A stretch of DNA of 64,000 bases from an uncultured Clostridium sp. (GTDB lineage: Bacteria; Bacillota; Clostridia; TANB77; CAG-508): contig USGY01000002.1 in assembly GCA_900554365.1 (NCBI GenBank), forward strand, positions 54,136 to 118,135. The letters run 5' to 3'. Under the pieces are notes generated by a model. That model ran no database searches and was not told the origin of the DNA. It saw only the letters and a list, made by a program, of their open reading frames with translations. A program made the position numbers and the translations under genes. Positions 9,744 to 18,365 of the stretch are shown piece after piece (position 1 is the first letter of the stretch; each line of letters opens with the position of its first letter).

Positions 9744-11816
9744 TTAATTATTAATATATAAAGCTAATCTAGTTCCAACATCAGCTGATGTTGTATTTGG
9801 ATCTACTAAATTTCTAGCAGATGGACCATTATCACTCTTCCATCCTCCACCTCTTTCAACACGATTTTTTACATCATTTGCTTCTAATGTTGCTTCATAC
9901 ATACTTCCATATAAATCATATATATTATTAATAACATCTATTTTTGAACTTCCTGTATTTTTATCACTATTTCTTTTAATCAAATTTTGTGAAGAAACAT
10001 CTTTTCCTTGTTTAGCAATCCAATTCATCATTGCATCATATTGACTGCCCCATATCATTGAACTTGTTGTCTTTTCAGCTGTATATTTTTTGCTCATATT
10101 ATATAATCCATACCAATTTTTACAATTTGAATTATTAGTTGAAGCCATAACTAAACCTGTATTTTCTTTAACATTTTTAGTTACTGGATTAGTTCCATCT
10201 AAGCCTAGTTCATATCTTCCAACATAAAATCCTTTATATTTTTCAACACTTGTAACCATTAAATCATATTGCTTTTGCAAATCGTCGCCAAAGCTTTTGG
10301 CACTGCTATAACTAAGTAGCCCATAATTTGAACTTACCGAATCATACATATTACCAGAAATATTATTTAAAACTGCTTTTAAATCATTAGCACTTCCAGT
10401 AATTAAACTTGGTTCCCTATATGATGTAGTACCTATTTTATAATCACTTTTATATATATTTTTAGTACCACTAAAATCATATAGAATTCCTTGATAATTA
10501 CTTTTTGAATCACTTTGAACTTCAGCCATTGGAGTGTAATTTGCTTTTATTGTATTTATATTGTTATAAATTACATCTGATACAGGTATCCACACAAATT
10601 CACTTCCATCTTTACCTTGAATAACCAAACCATTAGTAATTGTTCTCTCACTTACTTTTCTGCTTACTTTGTAACCTTGTGGAATAACTGCTGTATCTTT
10701 ATTAACATCAGTATATGTGGTAGTTTTATCATATTCTGCTGACCAATTATCTCTTGGAATTACATATAAAACAAAACGATATGAATTTCCGGTTGAATTT
10801 ATATCAATCATATTAGCACTTAAATCCCATTGAATACTTGAGGCTAAAGCACTTTTTACAGAATTATCATTTTTAAAAGATTTTGCTAAATTTTCTACAT
10901 TAGCCAAAGTCTCAGTACTTCCAATTGCTGTTCCACTTTTTTTACTTACAATTTTACCAGATATTTCGCTTGCTTCATATCTTGAAATAAAAAATCCTCC
11001 TGCACGCATTACTGCATTTTTTTCCGCTTCTGCATTATGTTCAGAATCATCTACTCCTTCAACTAAATCATTTGGTAAATATCCTTTTTCAGATGTTATT
11101 CCATCAGTAGTAACTTTATTATTTCTTACATAATTCCACTCTTTTTTAACAGGAATCCACACAAATTGATTTCCAAATTTAGAATTTAACAAATCGTCTC
11201 CTTGAACATCTGAAATAACAAGTCCTGTCTGTTTATTTCCCCCAACGTAATAAAATCCATCTGGAATTTCTACATCGTCATAATATCTTAAATTAACAGC
11301 AACTTTATCAACTTCATCTGGAGAATAATTTGTATAATATTGTTCATTATCTAATTTTATTCCTTCTACATAAAAAATATTATGGCTTGTTTCATTTATA
11401 ATATATATATCTTTTAAATTATTTATCTGTTCAGATGTTTGCGCTTCTCCAGTTCTTACTTTTTCATAATCTTTTCCATAATTTAAAGTAATATTTTCCA
11501 TAGCAGATAAATCTATAACATAAAATTTTCCTGTATCAACACTTGAGCTAATAACCCCAGCATTTTTAATATCATCTATATTTGTATATTCATTTGATGT
11601 AATAGCAGGAATTTTTCCATATTGAGCATAATAGCTAGCTACTTTATCTTGCAAGTTTACAATATCAGATTGTAAAGCACTAAGATTGCTAATTTTAACA
11701 TCATTAGAAGCATTATACAAAATAATACTTGTTAAAATTAAAATAACAACTACTGTAATAGTTAATGAAATTAAAGTTATACCCTTATTATTGAGGATTT
11801 TTTTCATCTTTTGCAT
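9744..11816 (-). CDS. exported or membrane-anchored protein with two FGE/SUMF1-like (formylglycine-generating-enzyme fold) repeats and a pilin-like N-terminal hydrophobic segment
   Basis: The 690-aa ORF begins KGITLISLTITVVVILIL (prepilin-like but lacking the conserved Glu). FVWIPV blocks appear twice, and the C-terminus has RGGGW...R, resembling the FGE-sulfatase domain. Confidence 0.4.
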   Translation of the reverse strand: MQKMKKILNNKGITLISLTITVVVILILTSIILYNASNDVKISNLSALQSDIVNLQDKVASYYAQYGKIPAITSNEYTNIDDIKNAGVISSSVDTGKFYVIDLSAMENITLNYGKDYEKVRTGEAQTSEQINNLKDIYIINETSHNIFYVEGIKLDNEQYYTNYSPDEVDKVAVNLRYYDDVEIPDGFYYVGGNKQTGLVISDVQGDDLLNSKFGNQFVWIPVKKEWNYVRNNKVTTDGITSEKGYLPNDLVEGVDDSEHNAEAEKNAVMRAGGFFISRYEASEISGKIVSKKSGTAIGSTETLANVENLAKSFKNDNSVKSALASSIQWDLSANMIDINSTGNSYRFVLYVIPRDNWSAEYDKTTTYTDVNKDTAVIPQGYKVSRKVSERTITNGLVIQGKDGSEFVWIPVSDVIYNNINTIKANYTPMAEVQSDSKSNYQGILYDFSGTKNIYKSDYKIGTTSYREPSLITGSANDLKAVLNNISGNMYDSVSSNYGLLSYSSAKSFGDDLQKQYDLMVTSVEKYKGFYVGRYELGLDGTNPVTKNVKENTGLVMASTNNSNCKNWYGLYNMSKKYTAEKTTSSMIWGSQYDAMMNWIAKQGKDVSSQNLIKRNSDKNTGSSKIDVINNIYDLYGSMYEATLEANDVKNRVERGGGWKSDNGPSARNLVDPNTTSADVGTRLALYINN

Positions 11817-11852
11817 TCTCCTTACTGTTTTATTATTAGTATTAGTTTACTA

Positions 11853-12524
11853 TTAATCACCACTATTTTCAAGAGTTTTTTCCACTAATTTATAAATTCT
11901 TGTTTTTCTTTTATATCTTTGTTCTTCTTTAATATAAATCACCCAAAGAAAAATTATTATAATAAATATCGCAATATTTTTTAAAGATATAATACTAATA
12001 CTTCCGACAAAAGTAAAAAAAATTAAAAATATAAATGATATGTAATTTGTATATTTTTCTGCTTTCTTTTTTCCAAATATAATATATAAAATTCCCTTTA
12101 AAATTCTGCCACCATCTAGCGGATATATAGGCATTAAATTAAAAATTATAAGCAAAATATTTGCATATACAATCATTAATCCCCAAAACAAATTCAAATT
12201 TAAGTTTAAATTCATTAAAACAATAATAATAACCAAATTGGTAAGAGGTCCTGCCAAAGCAACTATTATTTTCTTTAATTCAAGAACATTACCCTTTCCA
12301 ATTTTTTTATTATAATCATTCGGCAATAATTTAAATATAATGCTTACACCATATGGTTTTAATTGCATTTTACTTGGTTTCATCCCCAAAAGCAAACCAG
12401 ATACTAAATGTCCAAACTCATGGATTATTGCAAAACCTAATATCAATGCATAAATACCTATTTGTTTAGTAACATAAAATAAAACTATCAATATAAAAAT
12501 TTTCAAATCAATCTTAAATTGCAT
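11853..12524 (-). CDS. site-2 protease family (peptidase M50) membrane metalloprotease, SpoIVFB-like
   Basis: It has the HEFGH HExxH motif within a transmembrane helix, is polytopic, and is paired with an upstream M23 protein as in the spoIVFA-spoIVFB arrangement. Confidence 0.7.
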   Translation of the reverse strand: MQFKIDLKIFILIVLFYVTKQIGIYALILGFAIIHEFGHLVSGLLLGMKPSKMQLKPYGVSIIFKLLPNDYNKKIGKGNVLELKKIIVALAGPLTNLVIIIVLMNLNLNLNLFWGLMIVYANILLIIFNLMPIYPLDGGRILKGILYIIFGKKKAEKYTNYISFIFLIFFTFVGSISIISLKNIAIFIIIIFLWVIYIKEEQRYKRKTRIYKLVEKTLENSGD

Positions 12525-12540
12525 ATTAACTCCCTTGTCT

Positions 12541-13428
12541 CTATAATTCTAAAATACTTTGTGGATTCACAATTCTTTCTGAATACCTAATTTCAAAATG
12601 TAAATGAGGTCCCGTTGAATTTCCTGTTGATCCAACTTCTGCAATTTCTTGACCTTGCTTTACCTGATCACCCTGTTTTACATATAAACTATTACAATGA
12701 GCATAAATAATACTAACCTCACCAATTTGAACTTTAAGATGTTTTCCATAATCACCTTCTTCAGAAGCCAAAACTACCTCACCATCTGTAGCTGATTTTA
12801 TTTTAGTTCCTACATTAGCTGCAATATCAGTTCCAGTATGATTCTTAGGCACCCTTCCTGTCGCTGTATCTCTTTGTCCAAACTTTGAAGTTATCGTCCC
12901 TTCTATAGGTTTTACAAAACTAGTAGTATTTTTAGTATTTATAATATCTTGTTCTCCTTGAGAAAGTTGTTGTTCCTCGCCTTTATCCCCCTCGTTTGCA
13001 CCACCAATACCATTTGAATTATCTTCATTTGGAGTTTGATTTTCTTGATTACCTTGATTTTGAGTATCAGCATTATTTTTGTTATCTTCATTTGAATTTA
13101 TTAAAGCAATATTATTAAAGAAACTTTTAATGCCATCTTTTCCTTTATGATAGATATCAGCAAAATTGGTATCATATGATAAAACCTGATTTAACTTTTG
13201 AGTAAAATCTTTAGAAAAAATATATCCATTACTTTGAATTACATATACAACTATATATATTGATGCACATATTATAATTTGAATAATCATCTTTTTTAAA
13301 AGCTTTATATCTTTTTTATTTTTGTTCACGCTAACAGTAGCAATAGGCTTACTGCTTGACTGTCTGCGTCTTTCATATATTTCTTCAGCTCGTCTTATTT
13401 TTTCTTCTACTGACATCACTCTATCCAT
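12541..13428 (-). CDS. M23 (LytM) family peptidoglycan metalloendopeptidase, membrane-anchored (SpoIVFA-position)
   Basis: It has HTGTD and HLHFE active-site motifs, an N-terminal transmembrane segment and a low-complexity linker. Confidence 0.8.
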   Translation of the reverse strand: MDRVMSVEEKIRRAEEIYERRRQSSSKPIATVSVNKNKKDIKLLKKMIIQIIICASIYIVVYVIQSNGYIFSKDFTQKLNQVLSYDTNFADIYHKGKDGIKSFFNNIALINSNEDNKNNADTQNQGNQENQTPNEDNSNGIGGANEGDKGEEQQLSQGEQDIINTKNTTSFVKPIEGTITSKFGQRDTATGRVPKNHTGTDIAANVGTKIKSATDGEVVLASEEGDYGKHLKVQIGEVSIIYAHCNSLYVKQGDQVKQGQEIAEVGSTGNSTGPHLHFEIRYSERIVNPQSILEL

Positions 13429-13491
13429 AAAAAAAGCACCTCTTCCTTAGTTATCTTTTTAAACTATATGTTAGGATTCGGTGTTTTATTC

Positions 13492-13869
13492 TTATTTAAT
13501 TACTAAGAAAAAAATAGTTTCCACTATTAAAGCACATGTTGTGCAAATTGAATATAATTTTAACTTTTTATTATTCATATCAGCCTTTTTATTATACTTT
13601 AGCTTCTTTCTATTTTCTAAAGCTAAAATATAATTTTTAACCAACATTTCCGCCTCTTTTATTGCGTAATCTCTTTCAAATTTATTATGTCTTTTAGAAT
13701 TAGCTTTAGACATTTCAGCAATATTTCCACTTTCTTTTTCTATCTTTTCAATATCTTTTACAGTTTTCTTATTTTTAAATACCACAATTGCCTCTTCCAC
13801 CAAATTTGATGGCAAATTTTTTAAAACAACTGTATTCTTTGGATTAGCATGATCTTTATATTTTTCCAT
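13492..13869 (-). CDS. hypothetical protein with a C-terminal transmembrane helix
   Basis: A 125-aa ORF with no recognisable domain. Confidence 0.35.
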   Translation of the reverse strand: MEKYKDHANPKNTVVLKNLPSNLVEEAIVVFKNKKTVKDIEKIEKESGNIAEMSKANSKRHNKFERDYAIKEAEMLVKNYILALENRKKLKYNKKADMNNKKLKLYSICTTCALIVETIFFLVIK

Positions 13870-13955
13870 ATTATAAATACCTCCCTAATTTATAATTAGT
13901 AAATTATTCATTACTAATTATTTCCATAAATTAAAGAGGTTATACACAATATTAT

Positions 13956-14930
13956 TTAATTTTGATTTCTTATCTCACCATTTTCAATTAATTTATATCT
14001 AATAAGAGCTTTACCATCCAAATCTTCTTTATGCATATCAACAGCAGTAATTTGGTGGTTATTATATGCTGTATAATAATAAATTCCTTTACTAGCATTA
14101 CAGCAAGAAGTATAAATAGTAATTTCATACTTTCCATCACCTAAATCACAACAACCACGCTGTTGATCAACAGAATTAAGAATATGGAAAAATTGACTAA
14201 CACTCTCATTCTCGCTATTTTCAGAAACAGAATTCATCTTTACAAAACTAGCCCTTATAAACCTAGATTGAGATGACAAATCTCCTGGCAATCCAATTGC
14301 TCCCATACCTCTGCTATAATATTCCAAATTCAAATTTTTAGAAAAATTATTTTCTGGTGCTTTAGGTGACAAATGCATATATTTATTTAATTCAAATAAT
14401 TGCTTATCAAAAGGAGGATTATTAGTCAACACTCCAACAGGATTATCATATACTTTTAATCCATCTTTTACCGTTTCAACAGTTATTGCCTCATCCTTAT
14501 CTGCAACAATCCAATGTAGTTGTGCCAATGGTAATTGTGGATTAAAAGAAATATTTGTTAAATTCATCCTTGCTAGTAATTCTTTTGCTTCCTTTACCGT
14601 TGAACATTTGCTTAATATCCATGGAATAAATTCAAATTGAGCAATATTATCTTTGCGCTCTTGACTAGGATTATAGCATGCATTTCCAACAAAGTTTAAA
14701 CCTGCAATTCCAAGCCCTTTTTCATTTATAGCATCATAATATAATGGATAATCTTCTGCAACATATGCCATTCCTATTATTGCATAATGGCTTTTTATTT
14801 CTTCCTTTTCTCTAAATTTAAAAACATAATTTCTTGGTGTTATTGTTATTTCATCTCCATATGAAAATTCATAATCTAATGTTCTTCCAAAATAGAAGTC
14901 TTGTGTTTTATATGTTAATGCTGTACACAT
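13956..14930 (-). CDS. choloylglycine hydrolase / penicillin V acylase family (Ntn-hydrolase, linear amide C-N hydrolase)
   Basis: The 324-aa ORF begins MCTALTY, giving the catalytic N-terminal Cys2 typical of BSH/PVA enzymes. Confidence 0.8.
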   Translation of the reverse strand: MCTALTYKTQDFYFGRTLDYEFSYGDEITITPRNYVFKFREKEEIKSHYAIIGMAYVAEDYPLYYDAINEKGLGIAGLNFVGNACYNPSQERKDNIAQFEFIPWILSKCSTVKEAKELLARMNLTNISFNPQLPLAQLHWIVADKDEAITVETVKDGLKVYDNPVGVLTNNPPFDKQLFELNKYMHLSPKAPENNFSKNLNLEYYSRGMGAIGLPGDLSSQSRFIRASFVKMNSVSENSENESVSQFFHILNSVDQQRGCCDLGDGKYEITIYTSCCNASKGIYYYTAYNNHQITAVDMHKEDLDGKALIRYKLIENGEIRNQN

Positions 14931-14978
14931 AAAAATTCCTCCTTTTTATTGTAAATTTTTTGTTTAATTCATTATAAA

Positions 14979-15377
14979 TTATTTTTTAATTGCATCAATA
15001 TCATAATCCCATAAGCTTAATTTTCCTTTGGCTTCAATTGGTTCGTCAAATACTTCTACATTTTCTAGCTGCCACCCATAATTTTCTTTAAAAGTACTAT
15101 CTGTATATATATCTTTATTTTCTTTTAATAACATTTGCTTAAATTCTGGTGACATTTTTACGCAATCTACTATTGTTACTTTTCCTAATATTTTTCCTCT
15201 AGGCATGTTTTGTGGAATGTATCTTGCCAGCCTTTTCATTGCCTCTTTGTCTATTCCTTTTCCTGCGTGTATTAATAGCTCCCCTCTGTATTTGGTTTGC
15301 CAACTTCTGAATTCGAATCTTTTGTCTCCTTGCATTATCAGTGTTGCCCATGGTTGTTTTATTGTTAATACTTTCAT
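14979..15377 (-). CDS. ASCH domain protein
   Basis: The 132-aa ORF (MKVLTIKQPWATLIMQGDKRFEFR) matches the ASCH/PUA-like fold signature. Confidence 0.7.
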   Translation of the reverse strand: MKVLTIKQPWATLIMQGDKRFEFRSWQTKYRGELLIHAGKGIDKEAMKRLARYIPQNMPRGKILGKVTIVDCVKMSPEFKQMLLKENKDIYTDSTFKENYGWQLENVEVFDEPIEAKGKLSLWDYDIDAIKK

Positions 15378-15904
15378 GTTATTCCTTTCTTGGTTTGTGT
15401 GTTTTTTTAATGGTTTGGTGTGTTATGTGATTTTTTTGTTTTTTAATGTGATGTTTTACTATGTTATGCAATTTTTTTGTTTTTGCGTTTAAACGTTTTA
15501 TTGCATTATGCAAATTTTTATTGGTTTTGCTTTGAAATGTTTTTTTCGCACTCTTTTATTTTTGACTTTTTAATGTTCTATTATGTGATTTTTTATTTTT
15601 GGGTTTTTAAATATTTTTTACGCACCTTTTTATTTTTTCTGTAATGCTTTTTTATTATATCACTCACTTTGTATATTTCCAATATGTTATTTGTTAAAAT
15701 TTGTGGTGTTTTGTTTTTGTGAGATTTTAGTATAGAGGTGGGAGTTTATGTACTTGGCTTTGGTTAAGATGTTTTATAATTAGGATTATGTTTGGTCGTA
15801 CGGGGACTTTTTTACTTTGTGTTGTGTGTAATTGTTGTTGGTTTTTGCGTTGAGATTAAAATTGGCGTTGAAAATTTTTATGGTGTCTTTTAAATATGGC
15901 ATAG

Positions 15905-15936
15905 GTGAAACCTTCGGGTTATGAGCGAGGTTTGAC
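15905..15936 (-). repeat. degenerate att-core copy (decayed tRNA-fMet anticodon-loop fragment)
   Basis: The sequence GAAACCTTCGGGTTATGAGCGAGG matches the CCTTCGGGTTATGAG portion of the att cores at 34621 and 48898. The acceptor/T-arm part is not preserved. Confidence 0.4.
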
Positions 15937-16045
15937 CAGTTTTTGTAGTTTTGTGAAAATTAGAGTTTTTGTTGGTATTTCAGTATTTACAAGAGTTTCG
16001 GTTTATAGAACATTTGTGTCTTTTTATGACATTTTTTGAAGTTAT

Positions 16046-16068
16046 TTTACCCAATTTTTACCCAATTG
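16046..16068. repeat. tandem arm-type repeat TTTTACCCAATTTTTACCCAATT (left arm of element A)
   Basis: A direct tandem 10-mer. An identical copy lies at 34500-34522 near the right att of the same element. Confidence 0.6.
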
Positions 16069-16070
16069 CT

Positions 16071-16107
16071 TAGGCTGTAACAAACAAGTTTTAACAGCCT
16101 AAGTATG
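16071..16107. promoter_or_regulatory. perfect 11-bp-stem inverted repeat (CTTAGGCTGTT ... AACAGCCTAAG), a possible recombination-directionality or regulatory site
   Basis: Seen directly in the sequence, immediately after the arm repeats and upstream of the att-proximal small gene. Confidence 0.4.
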
Positions 16108-16223
16108 CAAAATTTTTACAAAAATTTTGTATTCCTTAGTTGGTACGTTTGTTCTTGGATTTTTGGCTCTTGTAAGAGATATTTTTATTGAGAAAAATTT
16201 TAATTTTTAGGAGGATTTAGATT

Positions 16224-16514
16224 ATGAATAATTTAAGAGAAGTTAATGATGATATTTTGAAGGATTGGTTAGAATTTAGAGAGGATGCTATTGCTTCGTT
16301 AGGTTGTGCAGAGGATAAAAAGCATTGGATTTATTTTGATGAGATTTCTGAGAGGATTTTGAAGAATGTTCCTGATCAGAATAGAAAGTATGTTGAGAAA
16401 CAACTAAAACAGCTTGATGATAATTTCTTTGATTATATTTGCTATTGGAATGAGAAGTATTATAGGAATGGATTTTGTGATGGGTTGCAACTGATTATGG
16501 GATGTTTTGAGTAA
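16224..16514 (+). CDS. conserved att-proximal hypothetical protein (paralog of 34828-35121)
   Basis: The 96-aa ORF follows a strong RBS (AGGAGG). It is about 60% identical to the first gene of element B (shared blocks NDDILK.WL.FRED, YFDEIS..IL.NVP, YWNEKYYRNGF.DG.QLI.GCF). Confidence 0.6.
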   Translation: MNNLREVNDDILKDWLEFREDAIASLGCAEDKKHWIYFDEISERILKNVPDQNRKYVEKQLKQLDDNFFDYICYWNEKYYRNGFCDGLQLIMGCFE

Positions 16515-16523
16515 ATTATAAAT

Positions 16524-16566
16524 AAAAGAATGTGAAGAATTATATTTATGGCTTTCACATTCTTTT
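16524..16566. terminator. bidirectional terminator hairpin between the small gene and the end of gajB
   Basis: AAAAGAATGTGAAG ... CTTTCACATTCTTTT stem-loop with flanking A and T runs. Confidence 0.6.
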
Positions 16567-16574
16567 ATTTAATA

Positions 16575-18365
16575 TTAACATCTTATCAAATTCTCTCTAC
16601 CTATTCCATTTAATTTTAAAAAACAACTTCCAATTTTAGTTGTTTCTCCCCATTTAGCAAGTCCCTTCTTGCTCATAGTAAAGTATACTTTCTCTTTTGC
16701 TCTTGTAAAACCTACATAAAAAACACTTAATTCCTCTAGGAACTGTTTTTCATTTTTGCTATTAAATGTATTTACACAATAATTATTTTTATTCTCTTGA
16801 TAACACTCTCTACATATATAATATGTCGGAAAAGTTTCTTTTTCATTATCTGTGAGAATTACATTATCATATTCCAGGCCTTTACTAGCATGTATTGTTG
16901 ATAAAATTATCTTTTCATCAACTTTATCCATATTTTGTCTTAAAGCAAAATTTTCAAAACTTTCTCTTATTAGTCTAATTTTTTCTTCTATACTAAATTG
17001 AGCATAATCGTCAAATATTCTATCACAAAAAATACTAAGAAGTTTAGTTAATGATCTAATTAAATTATCAGTCTCTTTGTAATAATTTTCTATAGCATTT
17101 ACTAATTGTTTTAATATTTTAGGAGTTACTACTTGTTTTTCTTTAATTAAAATATTAAATTTATTTAAGCATACTTCATGAAATTTTATATATTCTGGAT
17201 CTTCGTCTGTAAACAAAGCAAAAAAATACTGAATATTATTTTCATCTAATTTTTCTTTTATTTTTTGAACATTATAATCCTTTATGCCATTTCTTGACAA
17301 AATTGCTACTTTTCCCTCTTTGCTAATATCCAAAACTTTTGTACATATCCATTCGGCTTCTTTTTCTTGATTATCTGTAATAACTATATTAGGATTAGAT
17401 ATTTCTTCTATGGATGGATTATTTTTTTGTAATGCGTTTAATCTAATATTCTTATCTAATAGTAACATATCTTTATTTTCCTTAAATCTATAATTTGTTG
17501 ATAACTTAAATTTTCTCATATTAAATTCATTTTCAGCAATCTCCATTAAATTTGGAACTGCCCCAATAAATCCGTATATTCTTTGTAACGAATCACACAT
17601 TAATATTGCTTTTGTATTTTTTCCTATTATTTCTTTGATAAGCATCCATGCTATGCAATTGGTATCTTGAAATTCATCTATAAATACTATCGGGAAAAAT
17701 TTTTGATAAAAATTCTTTATTATTTTATTCTTTATTAATAATTCATATGTTAATAAAATAATAGCATTATATGTTATTTTTTGATTTACTAATAAATATT
17801 TTTTTACATATTCATTATATTTTAAATAATTATTTTGGATATATTCTTGGTCATTAATCTTTATTCTATCTTCAAAATCTTTAAAAAATTCTAGTTTTTC
17901 CCCGTCTATCCCATATTCTTTTAAGTTTTTGTCAGTTTCTTGAATAGCAGTAATAGTATTAAAATTTACATTCCCCTCTACAATAAAGAAACCATATTTT
18001 GCCAATATTTTTCTGCAAAATCCATGATAATTAGATACTACTATCTTATCAGTTTGTCTATAAGCTTCATTATGATCACATTTTATAATATTAGGCAATT
18101 GTTCCGATACATCTTTTTTTATTTTATATGATGCATTAACACTAAATGTTAATGCTAAAATTTTCTTTGTACTTTCTATATAGTTTGTGATAAGCATATA
18201 AGCTATTTTACTTATCATTGTTTTAGTTTTTCCACATCCTGCTGGAGCTTCGACAATTACTTTATCAGCTGTATCAAAAACAATTTCAATTTGATTCTGA
18301 TCCCCATTATGTATTTCAACTATTCTTTCCTTTATTTTTTCTAAATTATACATTTTTATTTGCAA
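16575..18365 (-). CDS. gajB: Gabija GajB, UvrD-like SF1 helicase
   Basis: The 596-aa ORF has Walker A APAGCGKT, the FIDEFQD block and helicase motif VI STIHASKGLEYDNVIL, matching B. cereus GajB. It overlaps the gajA stop by 20 nt. Confidence 0.85.
   Translation of the reverse strand: MQIKMYNLEKIKERIVEIHNGDQNQIEIVFDTADKVIVEAPAGCGKTKTMISKIAYMLITNYIESTKKILALTFSVNASYKIKKDVSEQLPNIIKCDHNEAYRQTDKIVVSNYHGFCRKILAKYGFFIVEGNVNFNTITAIQETDKNLKEYGIDGEKLEFFKDFEDRIKINDQEYIQNNYLKYNEYVKKYLLVNQKITYNAIILLTYELLIKNKIIKNFYQKFFPIVFIDEFQDTNCIAWMLIKEIIGKNTKAILMCDSLQRIYGFIGAVPNLMEIAENEFNMRKFKLSTNYRFKENKDMLLLDKNIRLNALQKNNPSIEEISNPNIVITDNQEKEAEWICTKVLDISKEGKVAILSRNGIKDYNVQKIKEKLDENNIQYFFALFTDEDPEYIKFHEVCLNKFNILIKEKQVVTPKILKQLVNAIENYYKETDNLIRSLTKLLSIFCDRIFDDYAQFSIEEKIRLIRESFENFALRQNMDKVDEKIILSTIHASKGLEYDNVILTDNEKETFPTYYICRECYQENKNNYCVNTFNSKNEKQFLEELSVFYVGFTRAKEKVYFTMSKKGLAKWGETTKIGSCFLKLNGIGRENLIRC

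Noticed and set aside
15400-16220. Possible CRISPR array or rRNA/tRNA genes in the long GT-rich noncoding tract
   Set aside because: I found no regularly spaced direct repeats with unique spacers and no cloverleaf-competent sequence. The repeats present are irregular and degenerate.
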